This document shows positions 45,340 through 60,308 of a stretch of DNA of 64,000 nucleotides, piece after piece. Source of the DNA: Lingula anatina (lineage: Eukaryota > Animalia > Brachiopoda); assembly GCA_051362555.1 (NCBI GenBank), contig CM120641.1, positions 12,090,001 through 12,154,000 of the forward strand. The letters run 5' to 3'. Each line of letters opens with the position of its first letter. The stretch's first letter is position 1. The translations under genes were made by a program, and so were the position numbers. The notes beneath the pieces are model-generated. The model was given only the letters and a program-made list of their open reading frames with translations, ran no database searches and was not told the DNA's origin.

Positions 45340-47428
45340 TCAGGGATCGGGAACATGAAGTGTTTCTGATACCGTAAAAGGGGTATTCTCCGTAACGGAT
45401 GTATCTTTTTCTGCCTGATTTTCTTTGTCTTTTCGTTTCTTTTTCTTTCCGTGTAACTTTTGTATTAACTCGTGAGTGACCTCTGCTGTCCTTTTTTCCT
45501 CCTCCTTCTGAGCCTTTTTCGTCTCAATCAGTACAACAGCTAAACGGTAAAACTGCAGGAGCAGTACCAGAACATTCTTTGTTGTGAAAAATATGATGTT
45601 GTAGTTGAAGATGCTGTATTTTATGATACTGAATAGCCTGACCGTCAGGAAAGGACCATCTTGCAGCAGTACTATCAGCCCAATTGCCCATATTTCCGTC
45701 TCGCATGAGCAGCACCCATCGTCAGGATCAACTTCACTGGTGTTGTCACCGATTGTGATAATGGTGGGGTTGTCGTCTGTGGATGCCTGACTTGGGCGGG
45801 AACGCTGGGACCCGCCTTGCTGACTGCGTGAGCTGTGCCGCATGCTCCTTCGTATTGGAATAAAAATAGGTCTCGGCTTTCGCGTTTTCGTCGCCGTATA
45901 TACCAAACAGAACTGGAACAAACTTAAAGACCATACTCCCAGAATGGCATACCGCAAAACAAGATCGCGCACAACTTTGTCTTCATCAAACAAATACAAG
46001 AGTTCCATAATGTCCGATGCCATGCCAATGTAGGCAAAGAGTAATTGTGACAGTTGTTCCCTAGTGATTTCGCCCTTAGGTAAGAGCCATCTAGCGATGA
46101 TAAGAAGGAACAGCAGCGACTGCTCAATGGCAAGAACCCACTGGTTGGCAGACAGAACGATCGGGACTTCCACCTAAATGTCACCGAATCAAACAAATTC
46201 ATTATCATTAAAGCACAGCATTAAAGTACAACAGAGACACGTAACGTAGTTGTCAAAGGAAGCAAGTGCACCCCCCCCCCCCCCACACACACACTTTTAA
46301 AAGGGGAAAAGACCAATTTTTGTGTAAGAAATGTAACCAACCAGCAGAAAAAAAGCAACTAACCAACCCGTGATTACGCAATAATAAACAATCAACCAAC
46401 ACAGGTAAAAGGGGCACCGTTTCTCTTTAATGATATATCAGTGGTTTGGTTGAATACCATGCATATAAGTTACATGCTATAAATTTAAGTTGTCCAACAG
46501 GTTACATCACTTGATATGGCGTGCACTATTCAATGGGATTAGCTGTTTGTGCAATTGAGCCCTACAGCTACAATACATTTACCCCGTATAAACTTGAGAG
46601 TTGTTCGGCCGCTGTGCCATTGCCCGTGACAAGTTCATCGAGACGGTCCAGGCGGTTTATCTCCAGTAGCCACACAGCAGGGATCACCGCGCTCAGATAG
46701 CAGAAGAAACTGGGACAGAACCTACAAAACCAAGACACGTACACAATTTGCTGATACTTCTACAGTTTATCTTTTTGTATAAAGGGAAATCAAAAAGCAA
46801 TAAAGAGCTATTTTTATACTTCCTCGTTATTATATGTTATATTATATTCTTGCAAGTTTTGAGATTATAGGTCCAAAGAGAAATTGAAAAAGATGAATAT
46901 AATATACATGTAGTTAATGTCAAGCATGAGTGCATGAAGGTTGAAAAGCAACCAGACAAATGAGAAATGCAGTTAGTGCCAGTAAAAATTCAAAAGAGTA
47001 AGCGAAGCGCTAGAGTTTGTTAAACAAACACGCTATATTGTATACCCAAGAGTAAATGATAAGTTCAAAAACATGTTTTTTGTCCTTGATGAACTTCGAG
47101 AAGGAATCGGTTAATGGAAGTGTTTCAATTTATGGACTACAGTCTAATGAATCTTACATTGATGTTACACATTCAATTAGTAATGCACTTAGATCTCTCC
47201 ATTAACATTACCCGATCATAAAACATTTCTATTCTAAATAATAAAAAAACACACTCATTTTCTTGTTAGGAATTCCATTAAAAAATGAAATTTAAAAAGT
47301 CTCGTCAGTTAGTTTTGATAATACCGTATGAGACTACTTTTTGTGTCTAATGCGAGATAAATTTTCACTCTTAACTTAAATTCTACATTAAGTACGCAAC
47401 ATGACTACGTTACTTTCGAATGGAAAAC

Positions 47429-47477
<49 letters not shown>

Positions 47478-48844
47478 ATGGAAATCTTTACCGAGTTTTA
47501 CAGTATAAGAGAAATTTATCAAATTTGTTTCAAGTTAACTCCCGAATATAGCCAGACATTGTCAAGGCCCATAAAGAGCCATTGACATAAAAAAACGTAC
47601 GGAACCTTTGGCGCCATAAAAAGACAATAATGGTATAGAAAGTCTCAATAATGTTTTAATGGATCAAATGAACTGAAAATGTTTGAGTTTGGTAGCAATA
47701 TCTCAATATCTTTCGCGAATTCTTATTTATGGTTAAGTTTGGCAAATATCTATAGAAAGACCTCTCTTTGCAACATTTACAAATGCATTGACCATCTTCT
47801 CTCCATATTTCAAAGTGCAGGTAAAAGGAAACGTTTTACCCCAAGTGCCTGTGTCGCCGCGATATTTACTGAAGCATCATTAGATCCGAAACACAATGCT
47901 CTTGCGTTCGTCTGTTTTTTGGGAGATAACAAATGATGAGCAAGTGCAAACAGTTTCGATTATTAATAATTTCTGGGCAAATTATTGCACTTTATCTGAA
48001 ACTGTCACTCGTACACATTATTGTTGGCCTCTTTGCAACACCACAAATGAAAATATGTGCACTATGTGCAGATATTTATTATCTAAAATAACGTAATTTT
48101 AATTTACTCAACATTATCTGATACTATGTAATAGCATTATCTGATACTATGTAATTATTTTACTAGATCGACCTTTCAATAAAAGCGGCCGTCAACGGCC
48201 AAATTTCGAACACCATATTTGTGTTTGTCCTTTACTTATACTTTATCTTGCATGGGTTAATGAGGAGGCATAAAAGGAATTAATGATGGGAAATTGTGAA
48301 AGTTTCTGTATTTCTAAAAGGATGTTCACATTGCTCCAGTGTACATACTTTGACAAATTGGATCTAGAACCATGTTAACGAAATGAACACTGAAGTGTGT
48401 TTAATCATAAGCTATTTTTGACTATGCTTTGAAAAAAGAAAATTCTCAAGCTTAATTTCATTTCATACTTGCTCTTTGTATACATATGTGTATCCAATAT
48501 TTACTCAAAGCTTAAAAGAAACCTCTTTATAAAATTCACTGTCCATATCTCAATTTAACTTTGATTTGCTGCGTGTATCATATTGTTATCTAACCTGATA
48601 TTTTTACAAAAATATGTATAACTTTTACATACATGTACCAGCAGTAACCTACTTACCATTTCCATTCCTCCCCCTTTCGCTTTATGACCGTGACAAGTGC
48701 TTCCACCACCAACGCTATCAAGCTCACCAGCATCAGCCAGTAGAGGGACTCCTGAAGTACGTCTGTTACACGCCAAACACTGATGAAAGTGTGGAGTACA
48801 AACATCAGTCGAATCACCACTGCCGATATGATTGTGAGCGGCAT
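45340..48844 (-). CDS. TMEM26: Transmembrane protein 26-like, 386 aa; exons 48844-48657, 46721-46583, 46173-45340
   Basis: RLMFVLH..ISVWRVT, KRKGEEWKWFCPSFFCYLSAVIPAVWLLE, EQSLLFLLIIARWLLPKGEITREQLSQLL..YIGMASDIME, LLQDGPFLTVRL and IFFTTKN are TMEM26-family motifs. Phases are consistent. Confidence 0.92.
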
Positions 48845-49747
48845 GTTTTATCTATGTAGGAAAGATAAAGGCAAAACCGTCAACCACTTCGACAAAAGTA
48901 ACCATGGCTTAAAAAGTATCATCTAGTAATAAGCGTAATCGAAAGTACATCCCTTATTTTTGTCTAGTTCAAAGGAAGTTGTAATACAGCAGTGTCGGCG
49001 AATAATCTCCGTTTGCGCCAATGTTCTGTAGTATCTGTCGATGATCAAAAACGGGAACCAAGAATAGAAATAGTTGAATATTGCACTATTTCCGATGGTC
49101 GTTTTTATCGTAGTCGCTGCTTCAAAATAATTAAATTTGAAATAATCTTACTGATCTAAGCTTTTGGAAACAATGCCTTCAACCATACCTATAATGTTTA
49201 AAGATAACGCAAATTGTCCCAGAGACCACGCCTTATAGCCTAAGAAGTCCGTTGACGTCAATCACAGCGCTATTGGGAAGAGAACGGCAACATGGGCGGG
49301 TTTAAAAGTGAGATTCACAAAGCAAAATAGCTTTTAAGTAAGGTCTGCCAATACAGCCTTTTGCCATCAAATGCTGACGTACTGATTGGCTATGCCATTA
49401 GCAAAGCGCTTCCCCTGAGGTAAAATGTATACCGTACACAGGATGGAGTTCGTAGAAATTGCATGGTATCTACTGAGACTCACCTTCAGTAGATTTTACT
49501 GTTGTAGAATGTTTCATTCTTGTGATTCAACGTTTAATCATCGAAATGTACTCGACTTAATTGGGCTACGGGTTTAAATTGACGCCCACAAATAAAGTTA
49601 CAGAAACAAGCATCAAATAGAACTTAATGAGATCCTATTTATCGTACATGGATGTAATTAGCACAATTGTAGTATATACCCCCGTTATAACGCATAACGG
49701 TTATCATTACACAACTGCAGCCTATAAGTGCTGCAGCTACAGTATAT

Positions 49748-50041
49748 GGCCGCATTCACATCGAGTTGTACCATGGCTCTGCAAAGCCACGACCTAAATA
49801 TGGCGGACGTACATGAAAGGAAAACCGCCTAATCTTTTAATAGTCTCTCCGTCTCTCACACGCCTCTCCATGTGACGTCCCAATGGAGCCGAGATTTACT
49901 GTAATCCCGCAGGGCCGACGCATGGGGAGGCGTGTGAGAGGCGAGAGACTATTAAAAGATTAGGCGGTGCTTTCATGTACGTCCACCATATTTAGGTCGT
50001 GGCTTTGTAAAGCCATGGCTCAACTCGATGTGAATGCGGCC
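49748..50041. mobile_element. Palindromic PIF/Harbinger (Tourist)-like MITE with TIR GGCCGCATTCACATCGAG and 3-bp TSD TAT
   Basis: About 125-bp inverted arms, flanked tat|GGCC...GGCC|tat. Confidence 0.85.
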
Positions 50042-50906
50042 TATGAGATGACAATTACATGCATCTTTCAATACTGCAATAACAGGAGCAGCAGAATTGC
50101 CTCTCTGTGAAATGGTTTTGAAAGTTTTGCACTAATAATTCCAAGTACAAAATAAAAAAAGAGAGAGAAATTGATGAATGAACTATACACAAAGCAAAAT
50201 GAGTTATTTTTTATATTTATTTTTTTCAACCAGCTGATGACTCTTTTATGGGAAAAACCCCTGACTTTTAGCACACATTATCCTCGGAATGCTTAGCAAT
50301 TGCGGTTTTGGAGTTGATTTTTGTTGATTTGATAGCAACTCTGTGGAAATGAGATAAGTCGCTGCAATAACGCATTAAAGTCGAGTGGCTCGTTCGACCG
50401 CCACTGGCTTTCGTGATAATTGGATTTGCTCGGTTATTAATTGGTTGAACGGTTTGCAGACTAAAAAGTGTCCCACGAAATACATTGTTTACGTTAATTC
50501 ATCTTCTGCTCGGCATTTGCGTTCGCGATATGAAAAGAAACACATGCAGACGTCTACGATTTCACTTCAGCCGTAACTAGTGGGCTTTATGACGCTTAAC
50601 AACGTAGTAAAGCACAAGCAATACGAGTGAATATTGTATACCGGTTAATATATAAAATATTATGAGAGACTGGTTAATTTCCCTTTAGTTACTGTCAAAT
50701 TTAGCACGAACAACTTTGCCCCTGCTGCCCATTTGCTTGAAAATTACGAATTCATTGAGCATAGCCTGCACTCATTATTACATACCGCTCTCTTACTACG
50801 GGGAGGATATTTGGTCTTGGCGTTCGCATTATCAGTTTATAAAGCTGCTTGTATCAAAATCGTTCGTTATAGACTGTTTAAATTTTACTTATTTTTATTT
50901 TTTATT

Positions 50907-50917
<11 letters not shown>

Positions 50918-50966
<49 letters not shown>
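50918..50966. repeat. (TTA)n microsatellite flanked by TTTA repeats
   Basis: Directly visible; explains the poly-Leu and poly-Ile ORFs. Confidence 0.95.
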
Positions 50967-50969
<3 letters not shown>

Positions 50970-51031
50970 CTACTTATTTACTTTATTTATTTATTTGTTT
51001 ATTTACAATTAAAACTCCAGTAAAGAGTAAT

Positions 51032-51351
51032 TTGGGCGGCCAAAAGGACAAAAATCCATGACGTCGATTCAGTCATGTTTCCTCGATTCACTGCCTTTCC
51101 TTTACCGCCCTCTGGCGATCGATCGATAAATGATGAAGTGACGGGACAGGCTAGACGAAAATAGACGATTGACGAAAATGTGAGAGAATTGGTTTTAATA
51201 CACCGTACATGAGAAATGTTTGACAATTGAATTGACGAAAATAGATGTTGAATTTATCGTTTAAACTTGAAACTGAATCAATGGAAAGGCAGCGAATCGA
51301 CGAAACATGTCTGAATCGACGTCATGGATTTTTGCCCTTTTGACCGCCCAT
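51032..51351. mobile_element. MITE with ~68-bp imperfect TIRs and probable 8-bp TSD (agagtaat/agagtaaa), hAT-like
   Basis: tgggcggccaaaaggacaaaaatccatgacgtcgattcag... pairs with ...ctgaatcgacgtcatggatttttgcccttttgaccgccca. Confidence 0.8.
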
Positions 51352-52103
51352 AGAGTAAACTGGATACAATATTTTGTCTATAAAAGCACTGGCCTGTTTT
51401 GTAGGACTTACTCCTCTCTTAATGTTTACTGTTTTGTTTCAAAAAAGGGGAGATGCTATTCAGCTTGAGATAAACATAGTATCAGGAAATAAATTCACGT
51501 ATGCGGAACGGCTCTGGAGTCACTCATTGGTCCTATGTCGAGAATAAGTTACGCGTTGATAATCTCAGTTGAAAAACAACTTGATTTATGGAAATACAAA
51601 TCATATTTTCTTTGCAAGGACAGAATTTTAAATAACACATCTTGCTAATGTTTTTCTATAGATTCCCATATATCTTAATTGTAATTACAAATGATATTCT
51701 TTATTAGTTCCCAAACCGGTGTTTTCTTACTGAAAAGAGGGAAAGGTTCACATGTACACACAAGCTGGCGTTTTTAAATGTTGGTTATGAAAACCTAAAT
51801 AAAACATTTGGATATAGGGATATGTACAAACCAACACGTTACGTTACTTTAACATGATGTCTTATGATATAATAGGATACACGAGGTGATCCTAATATGC
51901 AATTTACATGTAAGTGACAAATATTTCGAGAGGCGTCGCCTCACCTCGGTTTCATTGGATTTTTGCATAATGCTAACGTTTTTCTTGGTATGCGGCTGTA
52001 TATCATTATCTGTATGAAGTCGAAAACAAGCCAATTAGAGGAAATGATATAAAAAGGTAACATTTTAGCAAGTTTCGTTATTTGAAAAAGACGCTGCATC
52101 CTG

Positions 52104-55100
52104 ATGCTGCACGACGCAATGTCGGCAAGCAGATCCTACGTCATGTTCTTCACTCTGTGGACTTTCCTGTCTGTGGCTCCTGTTTACGCAGGTAAATAAA
52201 AAATTCATTATTGTTTTAATTGATGATTCATGTCAGGGCATTACAGGGTGTTTTACTCTGATTGTCAGATGAGAACTAGATATTTGTTGACAACGTCAGG
52301 AAATGTTTTGCTTGTCTTAAAATTACTTACAGTATGATATGGCACAAATATTTATCTCATTATAAAACACATTCTGAAGTTTTAGAACCAAGTATGGCCC
52401 AAAAGTCACGTCTGGTTATATTGAATGATCAGATATGAATTCAGTATTCCATATAGTCAAGACTAACTGAAAAAGAAATGAAATGCCAGTTGTATTAAAA
52501 TGTAGCTACAGTCAGGAACAGCAGGTTGATATTCAACATGGCTGCAAATTTAAGATGGCAACCTAATTACATGCACATTGGTGCCAAATTAAAGTATTTC
52601 ACCGTATGTTAAGAAGATATACAATTGAATTTGTGGGGGTTTTCATTTCGATTTTAATTAAAATTTGGTAATTTCAGGTGCGTGGCTTTACTACAGGCTT
52701 AAAGACCAATGCTTTACCCTCACGTAAATTATGTGATAATGTCAATATTAACACTTTGCAGGATAGCCACATGACTTCAAATGAACTCCAACCTTTTGGG
52801 CATAGACTCATGAAGGCGGGGATACGTTGGCCAGGGCGTAAAGACACTTTTATTTAGGGCCTTTTTTGTAAAAGGGAAATCTTTTGACACTTGATACTAA
52901 ATTATCATACAGGTTTTACTGGGGTTTGCATTCGGGGATTGCACCGCTGTGAAAGTATTGATTATCCGCCAGGAACCGAGAGGCTTCACAGCTTTACAGG
53001 CGTAAGGGATGACGCAAATCCTAGATTATTTATTGAGATATATGAAATAAAATGAAAGCATTTTTTTTTATTTATTTGAAATATACAAAGTTAACCGAAT
53101 AAAGTGTATAGGGATATGCAAGAATAGTTATGAATAACCTACCATAATTATGTTAAACTTCTAAAACTATTATATTTACAATACAAAAACAATGCCAGGG
53201 GGACATCTATTTCTAGTCTAGTTAGGAACATATGTCCGGCAAGGACTTCTATTCCTGTTTTCGGGCCTTACAATGCAAACTCACGCGTGTCCGCAGGACT
53301 TAAATTCCCATGAATTTATGTCCTAGGACATGGGTTACTTGGAACAAAGGACCTAGGACATCCATTCACAGGACATTATGTCCATATGACACTCATTCCT
53401 AGCACTGTCCCAATGGACATGCACCACGGCTGACATCCGTTCCCTTCACACCGGAGGGCACACCTTATTGATGCCTTACTGCTGTGGCCTCTCTTAGTCA
53501 GCCCAGGCACTGTGTGGTGCAGCATTATCATCCTGGAAAAGAAACGGATGATTCCTGTCCCCAAATTGTTTTCTACAGATGTCATACAGTGTTGGTACAG
53601 GATATCAATGAGTACTTGTTAAATTTTTCATTGACCAGTTCATTAATACCGCGGTATTTGATGCACTTTCAAACCACTGAAGCGGGCCGCCTTTTGAGAA
53701 ATGTTCTCTGACAGATAGGCAATGGTAGTTGTTTAGGGTGAATGTAAAGACTCAGCGGAAAACGTTAAATGGTAAAACGGCGCCAAACAAGGGTTTTTGC
53801 AGACCATGTCACTTTTGCGCCGGTGTAACGTGACAGAGTGTCCCCCATAACAGAGGGTCCACTTCCAATGCATTTGCACAGGTGAGCCTCGCCCTAGATT
53901 TTGACCCACATAGGTCAGACTAACCCTAACCATGATAACTATATGGAGAGCGGACTTTCTGTTACACGGACCCTCAGTTTCGTTACACCTGTTTACCTAG
54001 GTTACTTCTTGGCAATCCTGTAGTAAGTACCTGAAGCATAGAATCATCTTTGGGTAGTTATTTTGCTAACAGGGGGCTGCGATATGTGCGACCACCGTTT
54101 TGCCAATTTCAAAATTACACGAATCAAAAATTTGTAGCCACGGCATTGGAAAATATACCTGTCGTTTTTGGCACTCGTCTTCTTCATAGCAGTACGTTGG
54201 ATAAAACACCATTTCCGTCAGCTATCTGAAGGACAATATCGCCCTCTTCCCTCAGAAACAATATATTGGCAATACGTGACTAACTTTTTTTGTGTGTAGA
54301 TCCATGCACGCAAGGCCAGCATCGAGAAGTTAACGACCCGAGGCGCAGCACCGCCATTTCACCGACCAGTGGGGATACCATGCTTTGTGACAGTCTCCTC
54401 TCCAGCCCTCCGATATGGTACCGCTTTACCAGTCCCGCCGGTGGAGATATGCCAACAGCAAATCCGGGGCTCCTCAAATGTTCTACCTTATTTCCAGTTT
54501 GGTTGAACGGTATGCAAACTTGTGCAGTTTTATACCTGATAGATCAGGTTCGTTTTGTTAATCACACATATTATTGTGAGTAGACTTTCTTTTCTTTCAC
54601 GATGAGTCTTACATGCAGATTAGTAAATTAAAGTAAGGATAAAGAAATATTGTCAAATTATGTTTTCTGATCTGCTGATATAAAAATAATTTTATACAGA
54701 CAAAAACAAACAATAGCTAGCTTCACTTTTCTATATTTTAAGGAAATATTCCATCGGTAGCCGACGGTGAGGTGACGCGGCAAGCATGTGTCACAAATTT
54801 TGGCGTAAGTTGTTCGTCTCCTTTCAACATCAAAGTGAAGAACTGTGGATTATATCGAGTGTATCAACTGCCAAGAACTACCGGATGCCCTATTGCTTAC
54901 TGCGCAGGTTATAAAACATTCTCTTTTTTTAAACAGTCATATAAAATTCGAGTATTCCTATACCATAGAAGCATAGTGTTCGGCCAGGCCGATTAGCATA
55001 TCAAAGCAGCATGTCATTTTTTAAAATTAATATCTCATCTCATTTCCATTCATGAAAGTTGTATAACGAAGCATTTTTGTAACATCAAATAATAAATCTA

Positions 55101-58100
55101 ATTTAAAAACTTCTACTCCGCAATCAGGGTCAGAGGCTCCCTGTCCGCCAGGTACGAGCTCTCCGACTGGATACACACCGGGCTGCTCAGGTGGGTCACT
55201 CAGTTCTTACCATTTTCTTTTTTTAATTTCTTTTTGCTTTTGTTTTCTTCCTTTTTTTCTATATATTTTTTCAAAGCGAATATCATTTCCATGAATGATT
55301 AATGCGGCACGAGGTATGTTTGTATAAAGATACTTCTTTGATAAGATTTTTGTGTTCGCGTCAGGCCATGGGTCCAGATGTGTCCAGTAAAGTAAAACCT
55401 TATACCTGTGTTTAACACCTATTTTCCGTTGTTTAACATTTTGGAGTTATATCCAGACATAATTGTTGAATTGGTAAACGAACGCAACCGACTCAAATAT
55501 TTTTATTTTTCAAATGGAAAAATCAATTGGGATTGGTTTGGTAAATTTTTTTAAAATCAAATTTTTTGTTGTTGTGCTCGTTTAACAGCATGAATTTAAA
55601 AAATGATGAATTTCATCTACTGACCCTGTTTATAGAGAGTGGCCGCTCGCTAACCGATGAATCGATTTGTTCTGACTTAAATTTGTATGTGATTACCGTT
55701 TGTTTCAGCCGGCTTTCCAAATCTTACGAAGAAACCAAACCTTTCCTGGACTATTGGTACTGGTCCTGAAATTGTTTTTGAGTGCAAGCCAGATGTCTCT
55801 GAGTTCACTGCAACCCAACTCGTGAACATGCGGTTTGACATCACGTGGTACTTTGACGGAAGTAAAGTACACAGCCAACTCGATGTTGCCCAGGGAAGTT
55901 TTCCCGGCAAACTGCACGAGGCCCAATGGACCGGGACTCACACACTTGGAATAACGGTAATTATTTCGTGCAAATTATTGCTCACATTGAACACACTGTA
56001 TTTGTGTTAATAGGCCTACTTATATGTAACCTGTACCTGACACTACGGTGGTATTACCTCCTCCAAGTAGACTGTTTTACCTCCTTTTGTCTGTCTGTTT
56101 GTTTTCTGGCTAATAAAACATGTACTGAATGTATCGTTCTGATTTCTGTTTTGTAAATAATTGTTCTGGTACCCGGACCTGACCACTAAATTTTGGTTAT
56201 GATCTGGATTTTCTGGATAAAATAATAAAAAAAAACTGAATTTTAATAAATTGCCGTAGGATAACATTACGTGAAATTTCAAAAAATAATTTCTCCAAAA
56301 TTTCCAAACTTTTTTTGTACTATATATAGGGATCGGATCCAGAATGATGTCACAGGCTTATTTTAAATTAAACATTAGAAAGCCCCTTTGCAACTGTCAC
56401 AATTTCTATAAAATCTCAGTATCTTACGATTGGCTTCCAATTCGCTACAGTAATAGGAGGCTAAATTCTGTATCACTAATATGCCAAACGGCATCTAAAT
56501 CCGATCTAGAACACGGATTTGACGAGGGCCTTAAATGTTAAAATCGCGATTATTAACTTCGCTGGTTTAAAGTACTGCCAGGCTGAAGACAAAAGGGGCA
56601 ATTGCCGGTATGTACACCACTCAAAAGCATGTTTTGGGTTTTTTTTCTTTTGATCTGTAAGGATTTCGAAGTGTGCGCTCAGTTTTACTGAGTGCTCTTA
56701 TATACATGTATCTGTTCGTCACCAGCCTAACTCAAATAGTTATGGTTGGATGTTGATGAAATTTTTCAGGGCAGGTCCGAAGTGGGCCAACTTAAGCGTG
56801 ATAAGATTTTGGTGTTAATTCGGATCACCAACTAGAACCAGGGCTTTTTTAAACGATTCTTTCGAGATAGAGCCAATTACATTGAGTTCTATTATATCAA
56901 GATGTTGTGAAATGAATGTGCTCTCATCTACCACAATTTATGAGTGTTGTCTGGATATCATGCATCGTTAGTTTGTAGATTATTACATGATCCGACAAGA
57001 AAGTTATGTTATTGAGTTAATTAATTGTTTGAATGATTGATTGATTGATTATCTTATCACTAAATAATTGATAAAATGAGAATTGGCCTCGCTCTGTGAA
57101 TACTTTTCTAGTTGCAGTTAAGTTGGATATTACATCACAGCAACAAATATTTATCTAGCACGTTGTCCCCCAGTAATTAACACTTCAATTCAACGTTGCC
57201 AACTTTCAGGTGAAATATTACAAAAGAATATTTTGGTACATATACATGCCATCCCTTTCATATTGTATTACTTACAAGAGAACGACTTAACAACAGTCAA
57301 ATTTTATTACACTGTGGTATATTTTAAGATGCCACAAAATCATGTACAATTGCAGGCATCGGTCCTAGGAGTGTTAAAAACTTTTAAAAAAGGAAAACGA
57401 TACACGGGAAAATGATATGAATACATTATTCATACAGTCAGTCATCCATCAGTTTGTAAACTCCAGTCGAATATCTGCAGTGCCCCATCCGTTTACCAGA
57501 TAAGTACAACGATTGGGTAAAACCTGGAACTCATTCTTGAATTGTATTTGGGATATGCAGTAACTGTTACCATATTCTCCCTTTAAGTTACCTGTTTGCC
57601 AGCAAAATGCATAGATATTATCCCAATCTAATCTTAATACAACATATCCTATACATGTAAGTTGTATACATTTTATGCTTTAGTGACTTTGTCGGGATTG
57701 CACAGTTTGAAATTAGACCACGTGAAAGCAACGCTCTAGCAAAGCAGTATCATGCTTATTTGACAGCTGGGCAGTATATATGATATGCAGAGGGACAGTT
57801 TTTTATCAGTTTGTTATTAGTTTGTCGTGATATTGATAAATCGCTTTACACAGGGAAATATTTCTCTATACCAGGTAAGCTGTGGAGTTAAGGCAAAGTA
57901 TTCTGCAGGGGGAACCCCGAGTCCAGAAGTGAAAAGTGATGGTTTTTTCGCCGGTATTGAGGCAAGTGAACCTTCATCTAAGTAAAAAGTTGTAACAAAA
58001 TAGTTGCGATTCCTGTATTTTTGATTGCTTCATGTTAGCTACTCTTCATATCACAATGCTTTTTGATTTAAATTTGTATATACTTTTCTCTGTTTTCTAG

Positions 58101-58917
58101 ATATTGACACCAAAACCTCTGCAAATAAAAAGCAACGACCCACCCAAACAAATCCAATTACGACCTACAGTCCCAGTGCTTTGTCCGCTAGGTTTACCAC
58201 TGATTTCCTTGTGTCCTAAACTTCGAGTAGAGGTAAGAGTACCAGAAATCCAAGGCAACCCTGGCGTGTGCCCGCAGACAGGTGTCGCAGTGGGTCCCAA
58301 TGTGGTGTTTCAGAACACAGCCTGTGGTGTGGAGATTCCGTCCTTCCCGACTCTGACTCCTGGTTGGAATGCCATAGTATCTCTCAATGTCGCAGGAACT
58401 ATAACGTCAACCTATTTTGGTGACAAAATTTCCAACGTGAAACTAGCCACTCTGTCGTTCCCTTCACACCCCGCCTGGTCTAATTATTACCTACCTGATT
58501 TTCCGGTAAGTACCAATTTATTTTTGCTTCTTGGATATACTTTTAAAGTTTTTTTTTTATTTAAGAAAGTCATAAACCCTAAGCAAGAAAAAAATACTTG
58601 TTTGAAGGAAAACAACTATGTTAATACAGTGCTTCAGTTCTTGTGTAGCAATCTTTTTTGTCCTTCATAACATTGTGCTCATACACATTGCAGCGGGCTG
58701 TTGTACATAAAATGCACAAATATGTTTGATAGTTGCCACCACTTCCACACTGATTCAAGGAACTGACCACCAGGCTGACGTAAGTTCACGTACATTTTCC
58801 AGGTATTGGTGTATAACGTTGCAGTTCAGCTAGCTGGCAAGATGTGCTACTCTCACAATGATCCGCACATGCGCACATTTGATGGCGAGTAAGTACAGTT
58901 CAGCTCAGTTCATGCAG

Positions 58918-58955
<38 letters not shown>

Positions 58956-60264
58956 ATTTTAAAAGGACAGAAGCTGGAAGAGTTTACCAACCACCATGCT
59001 ATAGCGAAGGCCCAAAATACTTTATAGTCAGTGATTTAAGAAAATAGATCCTGAACTTTAGAAAACACTTCATTTCAAAATTCAATGAATTTTGTGCGAA
59101 AGAACTTCCTAATATTATTCTGTGTTTGTAAGGTGTTTGACTCGATAAAAGTGGACCCGGTATTAACGCCGTGGTGTAAAATATATTACAAAAGACGCAA
59201 AATTCTTTAAAAACCTCAAACTTGACTTAAGCATTTCATAGTCAAAACACCAATCATAAAAATGTGCAACGAAATGTTTCTGTATTACAATACCAAGTCT
59301 TTTAAGAAATTTTTATTTTGTGCTTGGTTTTTTATGTAAATACTTAAGACACGGACAGTATAGGTTGTAGCAGGCTTTAGGAAAACTACTGCCTATGTAG
59401 ACTGGTACAGGGAAGATTGAAAACAAACCACTCTCTGCTGCCCCTTCTATTTTAAAAATACTTTTCTTTGGCTTTTCCCCTTGTGTTAGACTCCTATTTC
59501 AAGCTTTTTGTTCCTCTCTTCAAGAGACTGATGTTCCATAGCTTTGAAAACTAATTGTTGTGTATTTTCTTTCCACTTAGTCAAGACACCCTCCCTTACT
59601 TCTGGTACTTATGAATGTGTAAATAATGATTTGATCCTGCTTTCTATTCAGACGTTATGAAAATCATAATGCAGGAGAATTCGTGATGTACAAGCACCGC
59701 ACTTTACCCGTCCAGGTGAGTTCTTCACAAAGAGAAATCTGTTTTATCGAATCCAGATTAATTACACACCCTTATTGCTCTTGCAGGGGCGGATCCAGAT
59801 ATATTTTCTGGCAGTCTTCCAAATTATCTTTGTTGATCCATCCTCCATTTTACCCGTCATTGTAAACTTGAAAACCTGACCGTCTTCCGGAAGACCCAGC
59901 CCCAAGAGTCTTGTGTCTACAGAATTTTCACGGTCATGAATAACATTTGTGAAAGTTTAACATACAACTTATTGCGGGCTTATTTATGTTGTCACCCACA
60001 GCTTAAAATCTAGGTGCGTGAATAAAATAACACGTATCAAGACACAATAAGAAGTCAAACATTTTTAAACATGTTGAAAAATTATATGGAACTATCCCCC
60101 AAGTGTTATACATTCATGGAGATGCTTTTCGTACACTGTAAAAACGGTGTTTAGCACTTAAACACATTTCTAAGCACCTGTCTCATTTTTTCGATGCGTT
60201 TAGCTCCTAAGCATGTTAAGCTACTTAACATGTTACACGCTTTGACGCGTTTGACGCCTAATAA

Positions 60265-60308
<44 letters not shown>

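Noticed and set aside
50716-51023. Poly-Leu and poly-Ile 'membrane protein' ORFs (also 62925-63125, and poly-Phe/Lys at 63531-63893)
   Set aside because: Produced by (TTA)n, (AAT)n and poly-T tracts.
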